Made by a program: the position numbers and the translations under genes. The notes beneath the pieces were generated by a model. It worked only from the letters and a program-made list of their open reading frames with translations. It was not told the DNA's origin and did not search any database. Positions 1 to 10,716 of a DNA stretch of 64,000 nt are shown in pieces; position 1 is the first letter of the stretch; each line of letters opens with the position of its first letter. The stretch comes from an uncultured Alphaproteobacteria bacterium (GTDB lineage: Bacteria > Pseudomonadota > Alphaproteobacteria > CAZZKF01), in the NCBI GenBank assembly GCA_964654995.1, contig CAZZKF010000003.1:12276-76275 (forward strand), in the 5' to 3' direction.

Positions 1-236
1 CCGGGGCCACACCCCCTTGTAGGGCAGAACGGTTGCGAGGGGAGCGGTATAATCGGTCATGGTGCGGGACGTCCGGGTTTTCCGTATTGCTGGCGGGCCC
101 GATCGGGCCACGGCTGGAAGGATTAGCAAATTCCTCTTCTGAATGCTTTGAATTTCCGTTAAGACTTCGCCCAAAGCAAGGCCATAGCCGCGCGCGCCGG
201 CACAATAGCCGGGGATCGCGGCGCCGGCCACAGGGA

Positions 237-980
237 ATGGCGATCTTACAGGATAAGGCCCGAGAAATGGAACTCGAACTCAACCCGGCGCTGGACGTGG
301 ACGCGCTGGCCGCCGCCTTTGCACCCAAGGGACGCATCCACATCGATGATCTGTGGACCGAGCCCTGCGCCGAGCGGATCCTTGCCTGCCTGGAAAACGA
401 AACCCCGTGGCGGCTGGTCTATTACGACAACGGCCAGGCGGTGCAGTTGACCGCGGAGCAGATGCAGGCCATGGACCGCAACGCCCAGAACGCGCTGCTG
501 ACCAAAATCATGACCCGGGCGAAAAACGAGTATCAGTACCTCTATTACACCTACCCGATGCTCACCGCCTATATGGAGGGCTGGGACCCGGACCTGTTTC
601 TGCACCGGGTGTTCGAGTTCATCAATTCGCCGCCGATGCTCGACTTCGTGCGCCGGGTCACCGGCTTCGACGACATCATCAAGGCCGACGCCCAGGCGAC
701 CATGTACCGCAACAACCAGTTCCTGCGCTTCCACCGCGACGAATTCGAGGACGAAGGCTGGCGGGTCGCCTATGTGCTGAATTTCACCAAGAACTGGCAG
801 CCGGACTGGGGCGGGTTCCTGCAGTTCTACGACGACGAAATGAACATCGAGAACGCCTATATTCCGCGCTTCAACGCGCTCAACATGTTCGCGGTGCCGG
901 CCGACCATTCGGTCAGCTACATCACGCCGTTCGCCGGCGCGCCGCGCTATTCGATCACCGGCTGGTTCCGCAACAAGTAG
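237..980 (+). CDS. 2OG-Fe(II) oxygenase superfamily protein (prolyl-hydroxylase-like)
   Basis: ORF 33..980 trimmed to the internal ATG at 237 (MAILQDK). The C-terminal region has an HRDEF motif and a later His (ADHSVSY), typical of the 2OG-Fe(II) dioxygenase fold. Confidence 0.55.
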   Translation: MAILQDKAREMELELNPALDVDALAAAFAPKGRIHIDDLWTEPCAERILACLENETPWRLVYYDNGQAVQLTAEQMQAMDRNAQNALLTKIMTRAKNEYQYLYYTYPMLTAYMEGWDPDLFLHRVFEFINSPPMLDFVRRVTGFDDIIKADAQATMYRNNQFLRFHRDEFEDEGWRVAYVLNFTKNWQPDWGGFLQFYDDEMNIENAYIPRFNALNMFAVPADHSVSYITPFAGAPRYSITGWFRNK

Positions 981-992
981 AAACCGCGCCGT

Positions 993-2117
993 TCAGGGAT
1001 AAAGCGGCGAGGCCTCGAGCCCTTCGGTCTCCGGCAGACCGAGCATGATGTTCATGTTCTGAACCGCCTGGCCGGCGGCGCCCTTGACCAGATTGTCGAT
1101 CACCGAAAGCACGATGGCGCGGCCCGGCACACGGTCCTCGAAGACGCTCAAGAGCGCGTGATTGGTGCCCCGTACATGGCGGGTATCGGGGCTTTGCCCG
1201 GCGCCCAGCACATGAACGAAGGGCGCGGAACGGTACTGCCTGGTGAGCGCCGCGCGCAGATCGTCGGCGCTGGCACCCGCGGCCAGGCGGACATAGAGGC
1301 TGGCCAGAATGCCGCGGTTCATCGGCACCAGATGCGGGGTGAAGGTGACGTTTACGTCGCGCTCGGCGGCATTGCCCAAAAGCTGCTCGATCTCCGGCAG
1401 ATGGCGGTGGCCGGCAAGGCCGTAGGCGTGAAGCCCCTCGGCCGCTTCCGAGAACAGGCTGGCCTGATTGAGGCCGCGGCCGGCACCGCTGACCCCCGAC
1501 TTGGCATCGATGACGATGCCGTCCAGCTCGATGAGCCCTGCCGCCACCAGCGGCGCCAGCGCCAAGAGCGTCGCGGTCGGATAACAGCCCGGGCAGGCGA
1601 CCAGGCTGGCCTTGGCGATATCGTCGCGGGCCCATTCGCTGAGCCCGTAGACGGCCGCCTTCTGCAGTTCCGGCGCCTGATGCTCGGCGCCGTACCAGTC
1701 GGCATAAACGGCCGGATCGGCGAGCCGGAAATCGGCCGCCAGATCGATGACCCGGACCTCTTCCGGGATGGCGGCGACGAGATCGCCCGCGCGCTCGATA
1801 ATCAGTTCGTCGACCAGGCTGTGGCCGGTGGCGTGGAACAGGCCGCGGACGATTTCCTGGCTGTGGCCGTGGGGCAGCGCGCAAAAGACGAAATCGAGAT
1901 CGACGCCGGCCCATTCGACCTCGTCGAGGGCCATCAGGTCGGGGAGCTCCAGCCGGCCCAGGTGCGGAAACACCTCGGCCACCGGCCGGCCGGCATGGCG
2001 ATCGGCGGTCAGCAGCACCACCTCCACCGCCGGGTGGGCGGCGAGCAGGCGAATCAGCTCGGCCCCCGTATAGCCGCTGGCCCCGAGGATCGCGACGCGT
2101 TTGCTGCTTCCTGCCAT
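993..2117 (-). CDS. argC: N-acetyl-gamma-glutamyl-phosphate reductase
   Basis: 374 aa ORF. Shows the GASGYTG NAD-binding N-terminus, the catalytic Cys region (ACPGCYPT) and full-length similarity to ArgC. Confidence 0.9.
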   Translation of the reverse strand: MAGSSKRVAILGASGYTGAELIRLLAAHPAVEVVLLTADRHAGRPVAEVFPHLGRLELPDLMALDEVEWAGVDLDFVFCALPHGHSQEIVRGLFHATGHSLVDELIIERAGDLVAAIPEEVRVIDLAADFRLADPAVYADWYGAEHQAPELQKAAVYGLSEWARDDIAKASLVACPGCYPTATLLALAPLVAAGLIELDGIVIDAKSGVSGAGRGLNQASLFSEAAEGLHAYGLAGHRHLPEIEQLLGNAAERDVNVTFTPHLVPMNRGILASLYVRLAAGASADDLRAALTRQYRSAPFVHVLGAGQSPDTRHVRGTNHALLSVFEDRVPGRAIVLSVIDNLVKGAAGQAVQNMNIMLGLPETEGLEASPLYP

Positions 2118-2157
2118 GTCTTTTCCTTTCCTGCGGCAACTGCCTTCTTAAACCAAA

Positions 2158-2186
2158 AGCGGGCGCCCTTGCAAAAGGCGCCCGCT
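2158..2186 (-). terminator. Probable intrinsic terminator downstream of rpsI
   Basis: Inverted repeat agcgggcgcc / ggcgcccgct with a 9-nt loop. On the minus strand it is followed by TTTTGGTTT, immediately after the rpsI stop. Confidence 0.5.
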
Positions 2187-2219
2187 CGATGACTGGAATG
2201 GATGCGATGTCGTCTTCGA

Positions 2220-2711
2220 TCAGCGCTTCGAGAACTGGAAGCTGCGGCGCGCCTTGCGCTTGCCGTATTTCTTGCGCTCGACAACGCGGGCGTCGCGGGT
2301 CAGGAAACCGCCCTTCTTCAGGGTCGCGCGCAACTCCGGCTCAAAGAGGCTGAGCGCCTTGCTGATGCCGTGGCGCACGGCGCCGGCCTGGCCCGACAGC
2401 CCGCCGCCCTTGACCGTGCACCAGACATCGTACTGATCGGTCCGCCCGGTAGCCGAAAAAGGTTGCGCCAGAATCATCCGCAGCACGGGACGGGCGAAAT
2501 ATTCGAGCTGATCGCGGCCGTTGACCGTGATCCGGCCGATGCCCGGCTTGAGCCACACCCGCGCCACCGCGTTCTTGCGCTTGCCGGTGGCATAGGCCCG
2601 GCCGAGCTCGTCGATCTGGGGCTCCGGCGTCTCCAGCGTCGCATCCTCTTCGGTGCCGCCGGGCGAAGCGAGGTCCTTGAGGTCCTCGAGACGTTTTGCT
2701 TCCTCGGCCAT
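2220..2711 (-). CDS. rpsI: 30S ribosomal protein S9
   Basis: 163 aa inner ORF starting [11 protein letters not shown] and ending [16 protein letters not shown], the canonical S9 C-terminus. The six-frame ORF 2220..3314 is an upstream read-through of the same frame. Confidence 0.95.
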   Translation of the reverse strand: MAEEAKRLEDLKDLASPGGTEEDATLETPEPQIDELGRAYATGKRKNAVARVWLKPGIGRITVNGRDQLEYFARPVLRMILAQPFSATGRTDQYDVWCTVKGGGLSGQAGAVRHGISKALSLFEPELRATLKKGGFLTRDARVVERKKYGKRKARRSFQFSKR

Positions 2712-2713
2712 GC

Positions 2714-3187
2714 TCAGGCACTCCTCGCGTTCTTGGGATTCATCGCGGCGATATCCACGACCTCCGGGTTCTGGGCCGCATGCGGGTGCTCGGGCGAGGC
2801 ATAGACCCGCAGCTTGGCGAACTGCCGGCGCCCCAGCGGGCCCTTGGGGATCATCCGCTCGACCGCCTTGAGCACGACGCGCTCGGGGTGCTTGCCGGCG
2901 AGAATCTTCTCCGGCGTGGTGCTCTTGATGCCGCCGGGATAGCCGGTGTGGCGGTAATAGACCTTGTCGGTCAGCTTGTTGCCGGTGAGCCGCACCTTGT
3001 CCGCATTGATCACGATGACATGATCGCCGCAGTCGATATGCGGCGTGTACAGGGGCTTGTGCTTGCCGCGCAAAAAGGTCGCGACGATCGCCGCCAGGCG
3101 CCCCAGAACCACGCCCTCGGCATCGATCAGCAGCCACTTGCGCTCGATATCGGACGGCTTGGCTGAATAGGTCTTCATGTCGGTCAT
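2714..3187 (-). CDS. rplM: 50S ribosomal protein L13
   Basis: [32 protein letters not shown] is a canonical L13 N-terminus. rplM-rpsI are adjacent as in most bacteria. Start is either 3187 or 3178. Confidence 0.93.
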   Translation of the reverse strand: MTDMKTYSAKPSDIERKWLLIDAEGVVLGRLAAIVATFLRGKHKPLYTPHIDCGDHVIVINADKVRLTGNKLTDKVYYRHTGYPGGIKSTTPEKILAGKHPERVVLKAVERMIPKGPLGRRQFAKLRVYASPEHPHAAQNPEVVDIAAMNPKNARSA

Positions 3188-3348
3188 CCTCTGCGCCGGC
3201 TGGATGTCCGCCGGCCGGTCCCATCTGCCGGTTGATGGTGCGGCCGAGCCCTGCGGAGGACCGCGGCCCCGGTGCACCGGCCCCGCAATATGGCAGAAGA
3301 TGCACCCCTGTCAATCAAAAAACCGCAAGCGAAAACAGGGCGTTAATT

Positions 3349-3735
3349 CTAGGGTATTGTGATACCTTCCGACTCGGCCATGATCTCGCGGCGCTGGCGC
3401 GCAGCATGGTCACGTTTCTTGCGGATGTGAACGCGAAGCTGGCGCGCCGCCGCCTGAAAGGCGTCGCGAATCGCCACATAGACGTCCTCGTGAGCGCCGT
3501 CCTCGGGATTGCCGCGGTCCACCGCCACCTCGCCGCCACCGGCCAGAGGCATGAAGATGTGGACCTCGAACAGCCGCCCCTTGTGCCGGTGGCGGTGCGG
3601 CTCGCTGACCACCACCCGGCACCGCGTAATCCAGTCGGCGTAGCGCTCGAGCTTGGCCACCTCCTCGCGAATCCGGGCCTCGACCGCCGGCGAAGGGGGA
3701 AAATCCTGGAACGTCACTTGAAGGGGAATCGTCAT
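3349..3735 (-). CDS. Ribosome hibernation factor / RaiA (YfiA)-like protein, short form
   Basis: 128 aa from MTIPLQVTFQDF. The pattern LxVTxxDxxxSPAVEARIREEVAKLERY ... EVHIxxP ... DVYVAIRDAFQAARRQL resembles the S30EA/HPF fold. Confidence 0.5.
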   Translation of the reverse strand: MTIPLQVTFQDFPPSPAVEARIREEVAKLERYADWITRCRVVVSEPHRHRHKGRLFEVHIFMPLAGGGEVAVDRGNPEDGAHEDVYVAIRDAFQAAARQLRVHIRKKRDHAARQRREIMAESEGITIP

Positions 3736-3882
3736 GGCATGCTCCGTTGTCCGAAATCCATGGCAGGTGCTTGATCCGGCCATCGCCGGCGCGACGCAAG
3801 GTGGCGCCCGCAAGACCGGATTTCGGGGGCCGGTGTATGGATCAGGCCCCTTATCTACACATGCGCGCGGCGTGCCGGTTTT

Positions 3883-4221
3883 TCAATGATCGCCGTCATC
3901 GGCCACGGCGGTTTCGGCCCGCACCCAGTCGAGATAGGCGGGATTGCCCTGCTCGATCGGCCAGGCGACGATGCACGGGCAGTCGTATTCGTGGATGTCA
4001 CGGATGCGGGCGATGACGTCGGCCACCAGGTCGCTGCGGGTCTTGGCAATCAGCGCCGCCTCGCCTTCCTCGCAGACCTCGCCCTGCCAGCGAAAGACCG
4101 AATCGACATGCTCGAAGACGTTGGCACAGGCAACCAGCCGGCGCCCGACCAGATCGCGGGCAATGGCCAGGGCCGAAGCCCGCGTCGCGGCCGTCACATA
4201 GATGGAGCTGAGCCCGGTCAT
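3883..4221 (-). CDS. cutA: Divalent-cation tolerance protein CutA
   Basis: ~112 aa from MTGLSSIYVT. The CutA1-like sequence includes DCPCIVAWPIEQGNPAYLDWV. Confidence 0.75.
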   Translation of the reverse strand: MTGLSSIYVTAATRASALAIARDLVGRRLVACANVFEHVDSVFRWQGEVCEEGEAALIAKTRSDLVADVIARIRDIHEYDCPCIVAWPIEQGNPAYLDWVRAETAVADDGDH

Positions 4222-5258
4222 GCCATCAGGCTGGGCCGCTGGCGGGCGACGTAAACGCAATAGATCACCGCCGTGAACAGCAGCAGCGCAAAGCCCTGAT
4301 GGATGACGCCCAGCGCGATCGGCACATTATGCACCAGGGTGAAAACCCCGAGCGTGGCCTGCACCAGCACCGCCAGCGCCACCAGATGCACCGCCCCGCG
4401 CAGCCCCGGCGGCGCGGCGCGGTGGAGCTTCCACCAGAAGATGGCGGTGACGAGGACGATCAGATAGGCAAGCATGCGATGATCGAACTGCACGGTCATC
4501 AGGTTCTCGGTGAGATTGGCGTACCAGGGCTGCATCGAGAGCAGGCCGGCCGGCACCAGACTGCCGTCCATCAACGGCCAGGTGTTGTACGCATGTCCGG
4601 CATCGAGCCCGGCGACCAGCCCGCCCGAGAGAATCTGCACGAAGACGAGCCCGCCGATGACCCCGGCCCAGCGGCGGATACGGACATCGCTGCGCCCGTG
4701 CTCGACCAGCAGGCCCAGCGCCACCCAGAAAATATATCCGAAGATCACCACCGCGAAGGCAAGGTGCGCGGTGAGGCGATAATGGCTGACATCGGGCTGA
4801 TCGACGAGGCCGCTTTTGACCATGTACCAGCCCATCAGCCCCTGCAGCGCGCCGAGCACGAACATGATCACCAGCTTCGGCATGATCCCTTCGGGGATGC
4901 GCCGGCGCACCGCGTAATAGATGAAGGGGATGAGAAAGACGAGGCCGATGAGGCGCCCCAGTACGCGATGGGCATACTCGACGTAATAGATGCCCTTGAA
5001 GGCCTCGAGGTCCATCCAGACGTTGAGCTTCTGGAACTCGGGGTATTGCTGGTAGCGGGCGAACTCGGTCTGCCAGGCCTGCTGGCTCAGCGGCGGCAGC
5101 CATCCGGTGACCGGCCGCCAGTCGGTCATCGACAGCCCCGATTCGGTGAGGCGCGTATAGCCACCGAGCGTCACCATGGCGAAAATCAGCACGCAGACGG
5201 TGATCAGCCACCAGCCGATCTGACGCGGCGCCGGGCCGGGTCTCGCAAATTGGATCAT
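4218..5258 (-). CDS. ctaA: Heme A synthase (COX15/CtaA family)
   Basis: 346 aa polytopic membrane protein with the conserved His-containing helices of COX15/CtaA (YAHRVLG, FDHRMLAY). Confidence 0.8.
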   Translation of the reverse strand: MIQFARPGPAPRQIGWWLITVCVLIFAMVTLGGYTRLTESGLSMTDWRPVTGWLPPLSQQAWQTEFARYQQYPEFQKLNVWMDLEAFKGIYYVEYAHRVLGRLIGLVFLIPFIYYAVRRRIPEGIMPKLVIMFVLGALQGLMGWYMVKSGLVDQPDVSHYRLTAHLAFAVVIFGYIFWVALGLLVEHGRSDVRIRRWAGVIGGLVFVQILSGGLVAGLDAGHAYNTWPLMDGSLVPAGLLSMQPWYANLTENLMTVQFDHRMLAYLIVLVTAIFWWKLHRAAPPGLRGAVHLVALAVLVQATLGVFTLVHNVPIALGVIHQGFALLLFTAVIYCVYVARQRPSLMA

Positions 5259-5479
5259 CTCCTTGCCCTCGAACTATCGCCGGGAAGCGCCGTCGCCCGC
5301 ACGCCGCCCACAGACCACAATCAGACGATTCGAGGCGAGGCTAACACCAATCCCGAACCGAGGCCAAGAGGGTGGTGAGCCGGCGACACCGCCCTGGCGC
5401 GATGCGCGCTTTCGGGTGGCGCCGGAGGCCGAGTCCCGGCAGAATGCCGCCGAGTGCATCAACCGGGGGGACGGGCGCC

Positions 5480-6589
5480 ATGAAATCCACCATCTTTCAG
5501 CGCTATTTCCTGCCCGGCTTCGTCTATCAGTCGGCAATCATCGCCGGCGGCTATGCGACGGGGCGCGAACTGGCCGAGTTCTTCATGCCCAACGGCACCC
5601 TCGGCGGGCTGCTCGGCATGGCGGTCGCGGGCCTTGTCTGGAGCCTGGCGCTGGCCGCCACCTTTGAGCTGGCCCGGATCACCCGCAGCTTCGATTACCG
5701 CAGTCTGTTCCGGGCGCTGCTGGGGCGATTCTGGTTCCTCTTCGAGCTCGCCTATCTGACGCTGTTTCCGCTGGTGCTGGCGGTGATCGCGGCGGCCTCG
5801 GGCACCCTGATCGCCCAGACCTTCGGGATCGCCGGCTGGGTCGGGACCGCCGGGCTGATGACGGTGATCGGGATCCTGGTGTTTTTCGGCTCGAGCGCGC
5901 TGGAGCGGTTTTTCGCCGGCTGGTCGTTCGTGCTCTACGCCACCTATATCGTGTTCATCGCCTGGAGCTTTTTTGTCTTCGGCGATGCCATCCTTGCCAA
6001 CCTCAAGGCCGTACCGGTGACCGGCAACTGGATCAAGAGCGGCATCGTCTATGCCGGCTACAACATTTCCGCCATTCCGGTGGTGCTGTTCTGTCTCACC
6101 CACCTGCAAAGCCGGCGCGACGCGGTCGGCGCCGGGCTGCTCGGCGGGCCGATCGCGATTCTGCCGGGCGTCATGTTCTATCTGGCGATGATCGGGCTCT
6201 ATCCGCAGATCGCTGCCGATCCGGTTCCCTCCAACCTGCTGCTCAACAAGCTGGGGGTGCCGGCCCTGCGCCTGATCTTCTACGCCGTGGTGTTCGGCAC
6301 CTTCATCGAGACCGGCGCCGCCTTCATCCACAGCTTCAACGAGCGCATCGCCCGGGTCTACGCCGACAACGGCCACACCATGCCCGATGCCCTGCGCCCG
6401 GCAATCGCCGTCGGCCTGCTGCTGCTGGCCACCACCCTGGGGGTCAAGATCGGGCTGGTCGACCTGGTCGCCAAGGGCTATGGCACGATCACCTATGCCT
6501 TCATCGCCGTCTATCTGGTGCCGCTGTTCACCATCGGCCTGTGGAAGATCGCCCGGACACCGGCGATGGACGTTGGTGACGGCGAATAA
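5480..6589 (+). CDS. YkvI-family (amino-acid permease-like) membrane protein
   Basis: ATG at 5480 (MKSTIFQRYFLPGF). About 11 predicted TM helices, and the GYATGRE motif is typical of YkvI-like transporters. Confidence 0.5.
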   Translation: MKSTIFQRYFLPGFVYQSAIIAGGYATGRELAEFFMPNGTLGGLLGMAVAGLVWSLALAATFELARITRSFDYRSLFRALLGRFWFLFELAYLTLFPLVLAVIAAASGTLIAQTFGIAGWVGTAGLMTVIGILVFFGSSALERFFAGWSFVLYATYIVFIAWSFFVFGDAILANLKAVPVTGNWIKSGIVYAGYNISAIPVVLFCLTHLQSRRDAVGAGLLGGPIAILPGVMFYLAMIGLYPQIAADPVPSNLLLNKLGVPALRLIFYAVVFGTFIETGAAFIHSFNERIARVYADNGHTMPDALRPAIAVGLLLLATTLGVKIGLVDLVAKGYGTITYAFIAVYLVPLFTIGLWKIARTPAMDVGDGE

Positions 6590-6592
6590 AGC

Positions 6593-6620
6593 GGGGCCCG
6601 GACGCACGCGCCCGGGCCCC
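6593..6620. terminator. GC-rich hairpin between convergent ykvI-like gene and tRNA-Pro
   Basis: ggggcccgg / ccgggcccc inverted repeat with a 9-10 nt loop directly after the stop at 6589. No clear U-run follows. Confidence 0.35.
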
Positions 6621-6628
6621 TGAAGTGC

Positions 6629-6705
<77 letters not shown>

Positions 6706-6773
6706 ATGATTCTGCGTCAAACGGGATCGGGTCGGGCGCACTATAGCCCCGGCCCGGCGCCCAGGCAACGCCG

Positions 6774-7256
6774 TCAGTCGGGCTCGGCCAAGGCCGCCCG
6801 CGCCGCCTTGAGCTCGGCCAGAATTGTCTGCAAAGCACCGACCATGGCCGCCGGAATACCCGCCGGTTCGGCGTCTGATGCTGCCGTTGCGGCTGGCGCT
6901 TCATCGGCCGCCGGTGTCGGCGCCATGGCCGAAGCCGGCTCGACCGCGCCACCCCCCTGGGTGATGTGGGCGATGATATCGCCGCCGGCGCGCACCGCCT
7001 CGATCACCGCCCGGGCGCCGTAGGCGCGCAGGATCTTCTGGACGCCGCGGATCGAATAGCCTTCGCCGTAGAGAAGCTGACGGATGCCCTTGAGCAGATC
7101 GACGTCATCCGGCCGGTAATAGCGCCGGCCGCCGCCCCGCTTCATCGGCTTGATCTGACTGAACTTGCTCTCCCAGAAGCGGAGCACGTGCTGGCGTACG
7201 CCAAGCTCGGATGCGACTTCGCTGATGGTCCTGAAAGCTTGCGGTGACTTGGCCAT
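6774..7256 (-). CDS. MerR-family transcriptional regulator
   Basis: N-terminal HTH ([25 protein letters not shown]) as in MerR. It sits downstream of ihfA, the usual position in Alphaproteobacteria. Confidence 0.75.
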   Translation of the reverse strand: MAKSPQAFRTISEVASELGVRQHVLRFWESKFSQIKPMKRGGGRRYYRPDDVDLLKGIRQLLYGEGYSIRGVQKILRAYGARAVIEAVRAGGDIIAHITQGGGAVEPASAMAPTPAADEAPAATAASDAEPAGIPAAMVGALQTILAELKAARAALAEPD

Positions 7257-7268
7257 CTCCGCGGCTGG

Positions 7269-7580
7269 TCAGGACTTTTTTCCGGTCAGCGCCGAGTTGA
7301 TGCGTTCCTTGAGCGTCTGCGAAGGCCGGAACACCAGCACCCGGCGCGGCGCGATCGGTACTTCCTCGCCGGTTTTCGGATTGCGGCCGACGCGCCCGCC
7401 CTTGTGGCGCACGACGAAACTTCCGAACGAGGAAATCTTGACGGTTTCTCCGGCCACCAGGGTCTTGGAGATCTCCTGGAGCACGGATTCCACCAGCTCG
7501 CTGGACTCGTTGCGCGACAGGCCGACCTCCTGGTAGACCGCCTCGCTCAGGTCCGCGCGTGTTAACGTCTTCCCGCTCAT
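7269..7580 (-). CDS. ihfA: Integration host factor subunit alpha
   Basis: [37 protein letters not shown] ... [24 protein letters not shown], the canonical IHF/HU fold with the IHF-alpha signature. Confidence 0.9.
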   Translation of the reverse strand: MSGKTLTRADLSEAVYQEVGLSRNESSELVESVLQEISKTLVAGETVKISSFGSFVVRHKGGRVGRNPKTGEEVPIAPRRVLVFRPSQTLKERINSALTGKKS

Positions 7581-7682
7581 GGCTTTTTTCACCTCCGCAA
7601 GACACAAGGTAGTCCGCGCCCAAAGGGTCGTCAACCGCAAAGCCGGGGGTCAAGGGCACTGACATGCCCTCAAGGGCAGAGG

Positions 7683-8660
7683 CTACCAGCGCACCAGACA
7701 GGCGCCCCAGGTGAAGCCGCCGCCCATCGCTTCCATCAGCACCAGATCGCCGCGCTTGATGCAGCCGTCGGCGACCGCGCTGGCCAAAGCCAGCGGCACC
7801 GAGGCGGCCGAGGTGTTGCCCTGGCTCTCGACGGTCAGCACGACGCGCGCGGGATCAATGCCGAGCTTGCGGGCAGTGCCGTCGATGATTCGCCGGTTGG
7901 CCTGATGCGGCACCACCCAGTCGATGTCGTCCGAGGTCAGCCCGGTGCCGTCCAGCACCTCGCCGATGACGCTGGCCAGGTTGTTCACCGCATGACGAAA
8001 GACCTCGCGGCCCTTCATCCGCAGATGGCCGACGGTTCCGGTCGATGACGGCCCGCCATCGACGTACAACAGGTCATGGCCACGGCCATCCGAGTGCAGC
8101 CGGCTGCGCAGGATGCCGCGATCGGACATATCACCGCGTCCGGTCTCGGCCCCCAGCACGACGGCGCCGGCACCGTCACCGAACAGCACGCAGGTGGTGC
8201 GGTCGGTCCAGTCGAGGATCCGCGAAAACGTCTCGGCGCCGATCACCAGGGCGCGTTCGGCATCGCCGGCCTTGATGAAATTGTCGGCCACGGCCAGCGC
8301 ATAGATGAAGCCGGTGCACACCGCATGAACGTCGAAGGCGGCGCCCCGGTCCATGCCAAGTTCGGCCTGCACCCGGGTGGCGGTGGCCGGAAAGGTTTCG
8401 TCCGGGGTGGCGGTGGCCAGAACGATGAGATCGATGTCGCCGGCGTCCATGCCGGCATTGGCCAGGGCGGCGCCGGCAGCGGCCAGTGCCAGATCGGAGG
8501 TCATCTCGCCGTCGGCGGCGATGTGACGCTCGCGAATGCCGGTCCGGGTGACGATCCATTCGTCGGTGGTGTCCACGATCCTGGCGAGATCGGCATTGGT
8601 CAGGACCCGCTGCGGCAGATAGGCGCCGCAGCCCAGAACCACGGATCGGCGCACGGTCAT
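7683..8660 (-). CDS. fabH: 3-oxoacyl-ACP synthase III
   Basis: [25 protein letters not shown], the active-site Cys region [15 protein letters not shown], and the His/Asn (VPHQANRRI) of KAS III. The start CAT at 8658-8660 overlaps the plsX stop. Confidence 0.9.
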   Translation of the reverse strand: MTVRRSVVLGCGAYLPQRVLTNADLARIVDTTDEWIVTRTGIRERHIAADGEMTSDLALAAAGAALANAGMDAGDIDLIVLATATPDETFPATATRVQAELGMDRGAAFDVHAVCTGFIYALAVADNFIKAGDAERALVIGAETFSRILDWTDRTTCVLFGDGAGAVVLGAETGRGDMSDRGILRSRLHSDGRGHDLLYVDGGPSSTGTVGHLRMKGREVFRHAVNNLASVIGEVLDGTGLTSDDIDWVVPHQANRRIIDGTARKLGIDPARVVLTVESQGNTSAASVPLALASAVADGCIKRGDLVLMEAMGGGFTWGACLVRW

Positions 8661-9706
8661 GACGCGGCTGCCCGGTTCGGGGTCTGCCGGTCCGCCTCCA
8701 TGTTCTTGAGATCCTCGGAAATCATCCCGCACAGATCGTCGCGGGCCATGTTGACGGCGACCCGGATGGCACTGGCGAAGCCCTTGGCATTGGTGCCGCC
8801 GTGACTTTTCACCACCAGCCCGGCCAGGCCGAGAAAGACGCCGCCGTTGTGGCTGTTGGGATCGAGATGATCGCGCAGCGTCTGCAGCCCCTTGCGGGCC
8901 AGCAGATAGCCGAGCCGCGCCGACAGCGAATCGCGGAATGCCCGGCGCAGCAGGGTCGCGGTAAGCCGCGCCGTCCCTTCGGCCGTCTTCAGGGCGATAT
9001 TGCCGGTGAACCCGTCGGTCACCACCACGTCGACCAGACCGGTGCCGATATCGTTCCCTTCGATGAAGCCGACGAACTCGAGCGGCAGCGGCAGGTCCTT
9101 GAGCTTCTGCCCGGCCCCCTTGACCGACTCATTGCCCTTGAGTTCCTCGACCCCGACGTTGAGCAAGCCGACCTTGGGCCGGGCAAGCCCCAGAACCGTG
9201 CGCGCATAGGCCGCGCCCATCACCGCGAACTGCACCAGATTGTCTTCGTCGCATTCGACGTTGGCGCCCAGGTCCAGCATCACGCTTTCGCCGCGCAGGG
9301 TCGGCATCGGCCCGGCCAGCGCCGGCCGCTCGATGCCCGGCAAGGTCTTGAGCATGAACTTGGCGAGCGCCATCAGGGCGCCCGTATTGCCGGCCGAGAC
9401 CGCCACCGCCGCCTCGCCATCCTTGACCGCCTCGATGGCCAGCGCCATGCTGCTGCCGCGCCCGCGGCGCAACACGTGGCCGGGGCGATCGTCGCTGCTG
9501 ACCGCCTCGTCCGTGTGGCGCACCTCGCAGACCGCCTTGAGGGCCGGAAACCGGCCAAGCAGCGGATCGATGTCGGCCCGATTGCCGACCACCAGAAACC
9601 GCACCGCCGGAAACCGCGCGTGCGCAAGGCTCAGCCCGGCCAGTACGACGTCGGGGCCGGCATCACCGCCCATCGCGTCGATGGCTATGGTCAGGGTCTG
9701 TTCCAA
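8657..9706 (-). CDS. plsX: Phosphate acyltransferase PlsX
   Basis: 349 aa. [18 protein letters not shown] is a typical PlsX N-terminus. Sits in the rpmF-plsX-fabH arrangement. Confidence 0.9.
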   Translation of the reverse strand: MEQTLTIAIDAMGGDAGPDVVLAGLSLAHARFPAVRFLVVGNRADIDPLLGRFPALKAVCEVRHTDEAVSSDDRPGHVLRRGRGSSMALAIEAVKDGEAAVAVSAGNTGALMALAKFMLKTLPGIERPALAGPMPTLRGESVMLDLGANVECDEDNLVQFAVMGAAYARTVLGLARPKVGLLNVGVEELKGNESVKGAGQKLKDLPLPLEFVGFIEGNDIGTGLVDVVVTDGFTGNIALKTAEGTARLTATLLRRAFRDSLSARLGYLLARKGLQTLRDHLDPNSHNGGVFLGLAGLVVKSHGGTNAKGFASAIRVAVNMARDDLCGMISEDLKNMEADRQTPNRAAAS

Positions 9707-9733
9707 GGGAGGGGTGCCAGTCGCGGTCGCAGG

Positions 9734-9919
9734 CTAAACGACTTCGGAAATCTCGATCACTTCCCGATCGTCATAGTAGCCACACCGGGCGCACAGGTGA
9801 TGCGGCCGCTTCAATTCCCCGCAGTTGGGGCATTCCGCATAGCTGGCTTTCGGCAGCCGATCATGGCTGCGGCGATTGTCGCGACGCGCTCGTGAAACTT
9901 TCTTCCTGGGAACGGCCAT
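9734..9919 (-). CDS. rpmF: 50S ribosomal protein L32
   Basis: [19 protein letters not shown]... with CPNCG...CARCG zinc-ribbon, canonical L32. Confidence 0.9.
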   Translation of the reverse strand: MAVPRKKVSRARRDNRRSHDRLPKASYAECPNCGELKRPHHLCARCGYYDDREVIEISEVV

Positions 9920-9993
9920 GAGTTCCTCTCTTGTATCTGTCGGCCCCGCCTCGGGCACATAGGGGCATGAATTTACTCAAATGAAGCGCAGCT

Positions 9994-10560
9994 TCAAGCC
10001 CCGTCTTTGAGTTCACGCAAGATTGTGAACGGATTCGCGCGTGCCCGACGGGGTGGGTCGACAACATCGTCACCAGCCAGCGCAGCCCCCGGTTTCCGGG
10101 GATAAGGGTCCAGCGCCAGGCACAAATACTGGGCGAAAATCTCGCCCAGATCGACATCCTCGCCAATCACCGGCTCGACATCGTCCTCATCCGCATCGAA
10201 GATCAGTTCAGCCTTGCGACTCGCCGGCTCGGGCCGACTCGCGTCTTCCACCGCCGGCTCCAGACGCTGCAATCGCAGCCGGAAGCTCTCCTCCAGCCGC
10301 GCATCAACCGGCTCAAGCGTGACCACGCAGGCCTGTTGCAGCCGGGCGACAAAGCGGCCGGTCAGCTCATACTGACCGTCGTCCGCCAGCGCCCGGATCG
10401 AGGCCGTGCAGTCGAACTGCGAGATCGCCACCAGATCGAAGCGCCGCGCCAGCGCCCGGCACTCCTCGGGTCCGGGGCTGAACGACATCTCGCAGGGCTC
10501 GGGGCCAAGCTGCGAGAGCCTGAACGGGCGGCTGAACTCGGCGCCGGCGCCGGCTGTCAT
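9994..10560 (-). CDS. yceD: YceD/DUF177 family protein (large-subunit ribosome biogenesis factor)
   Basis: 188 aa acidic protein immediately upstream of rpmF (conserved synteny), with a C-terminal Cys-containing region. Confidence 0.75.
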   Translation of the reverse strand: MTAGAGAEFSRPFRLSQLGPEPCEMSFSPGPEECRALARRFDLVAISQFDCTASIRALADDGQYELTGRFVARLQQACVVTLEPVDARLEESFRLRLQRLEPAVEDASRPEPASRKAELIFDADEDDVEPVIGEDVDLGEIFAQYLCLALDPYPRKPGAALAGDDVVDPPRRARANPFTILRELKDGA

Positions 10561-10716
10561 CGCATTGTCCTTTTGCTGATGGAGACCGGACGGACATATC
10601 GCTGTCCGCTGCCTCCGACGCCACCGGCATGGGCCCGATCCCGGGTGCCCATGGTCTGCCGGTCGACGGGATATAAGCGGATCATACCACTCCGGCGGCG
10701 CGATTGTCCGGAAAAA

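Noticed and set aside
955-2139. 394-aa minus-strand ORF overlapping argC in another frame
   Set aside because: The alternative frame (993..2117) gives canonical ArgC. This frame gives Arg/Pro/Gly-rich nonsense.
3736-3882. Possible sRNA or promoter element between the hpf-like gene and cutA
   Set aside because: The 146-nt gap contains a lone Cys-rich pseudo-ORF and no convincing hairpin-plus-U-tract or conserved motif. It most likely holds only the hpf-like promoter.
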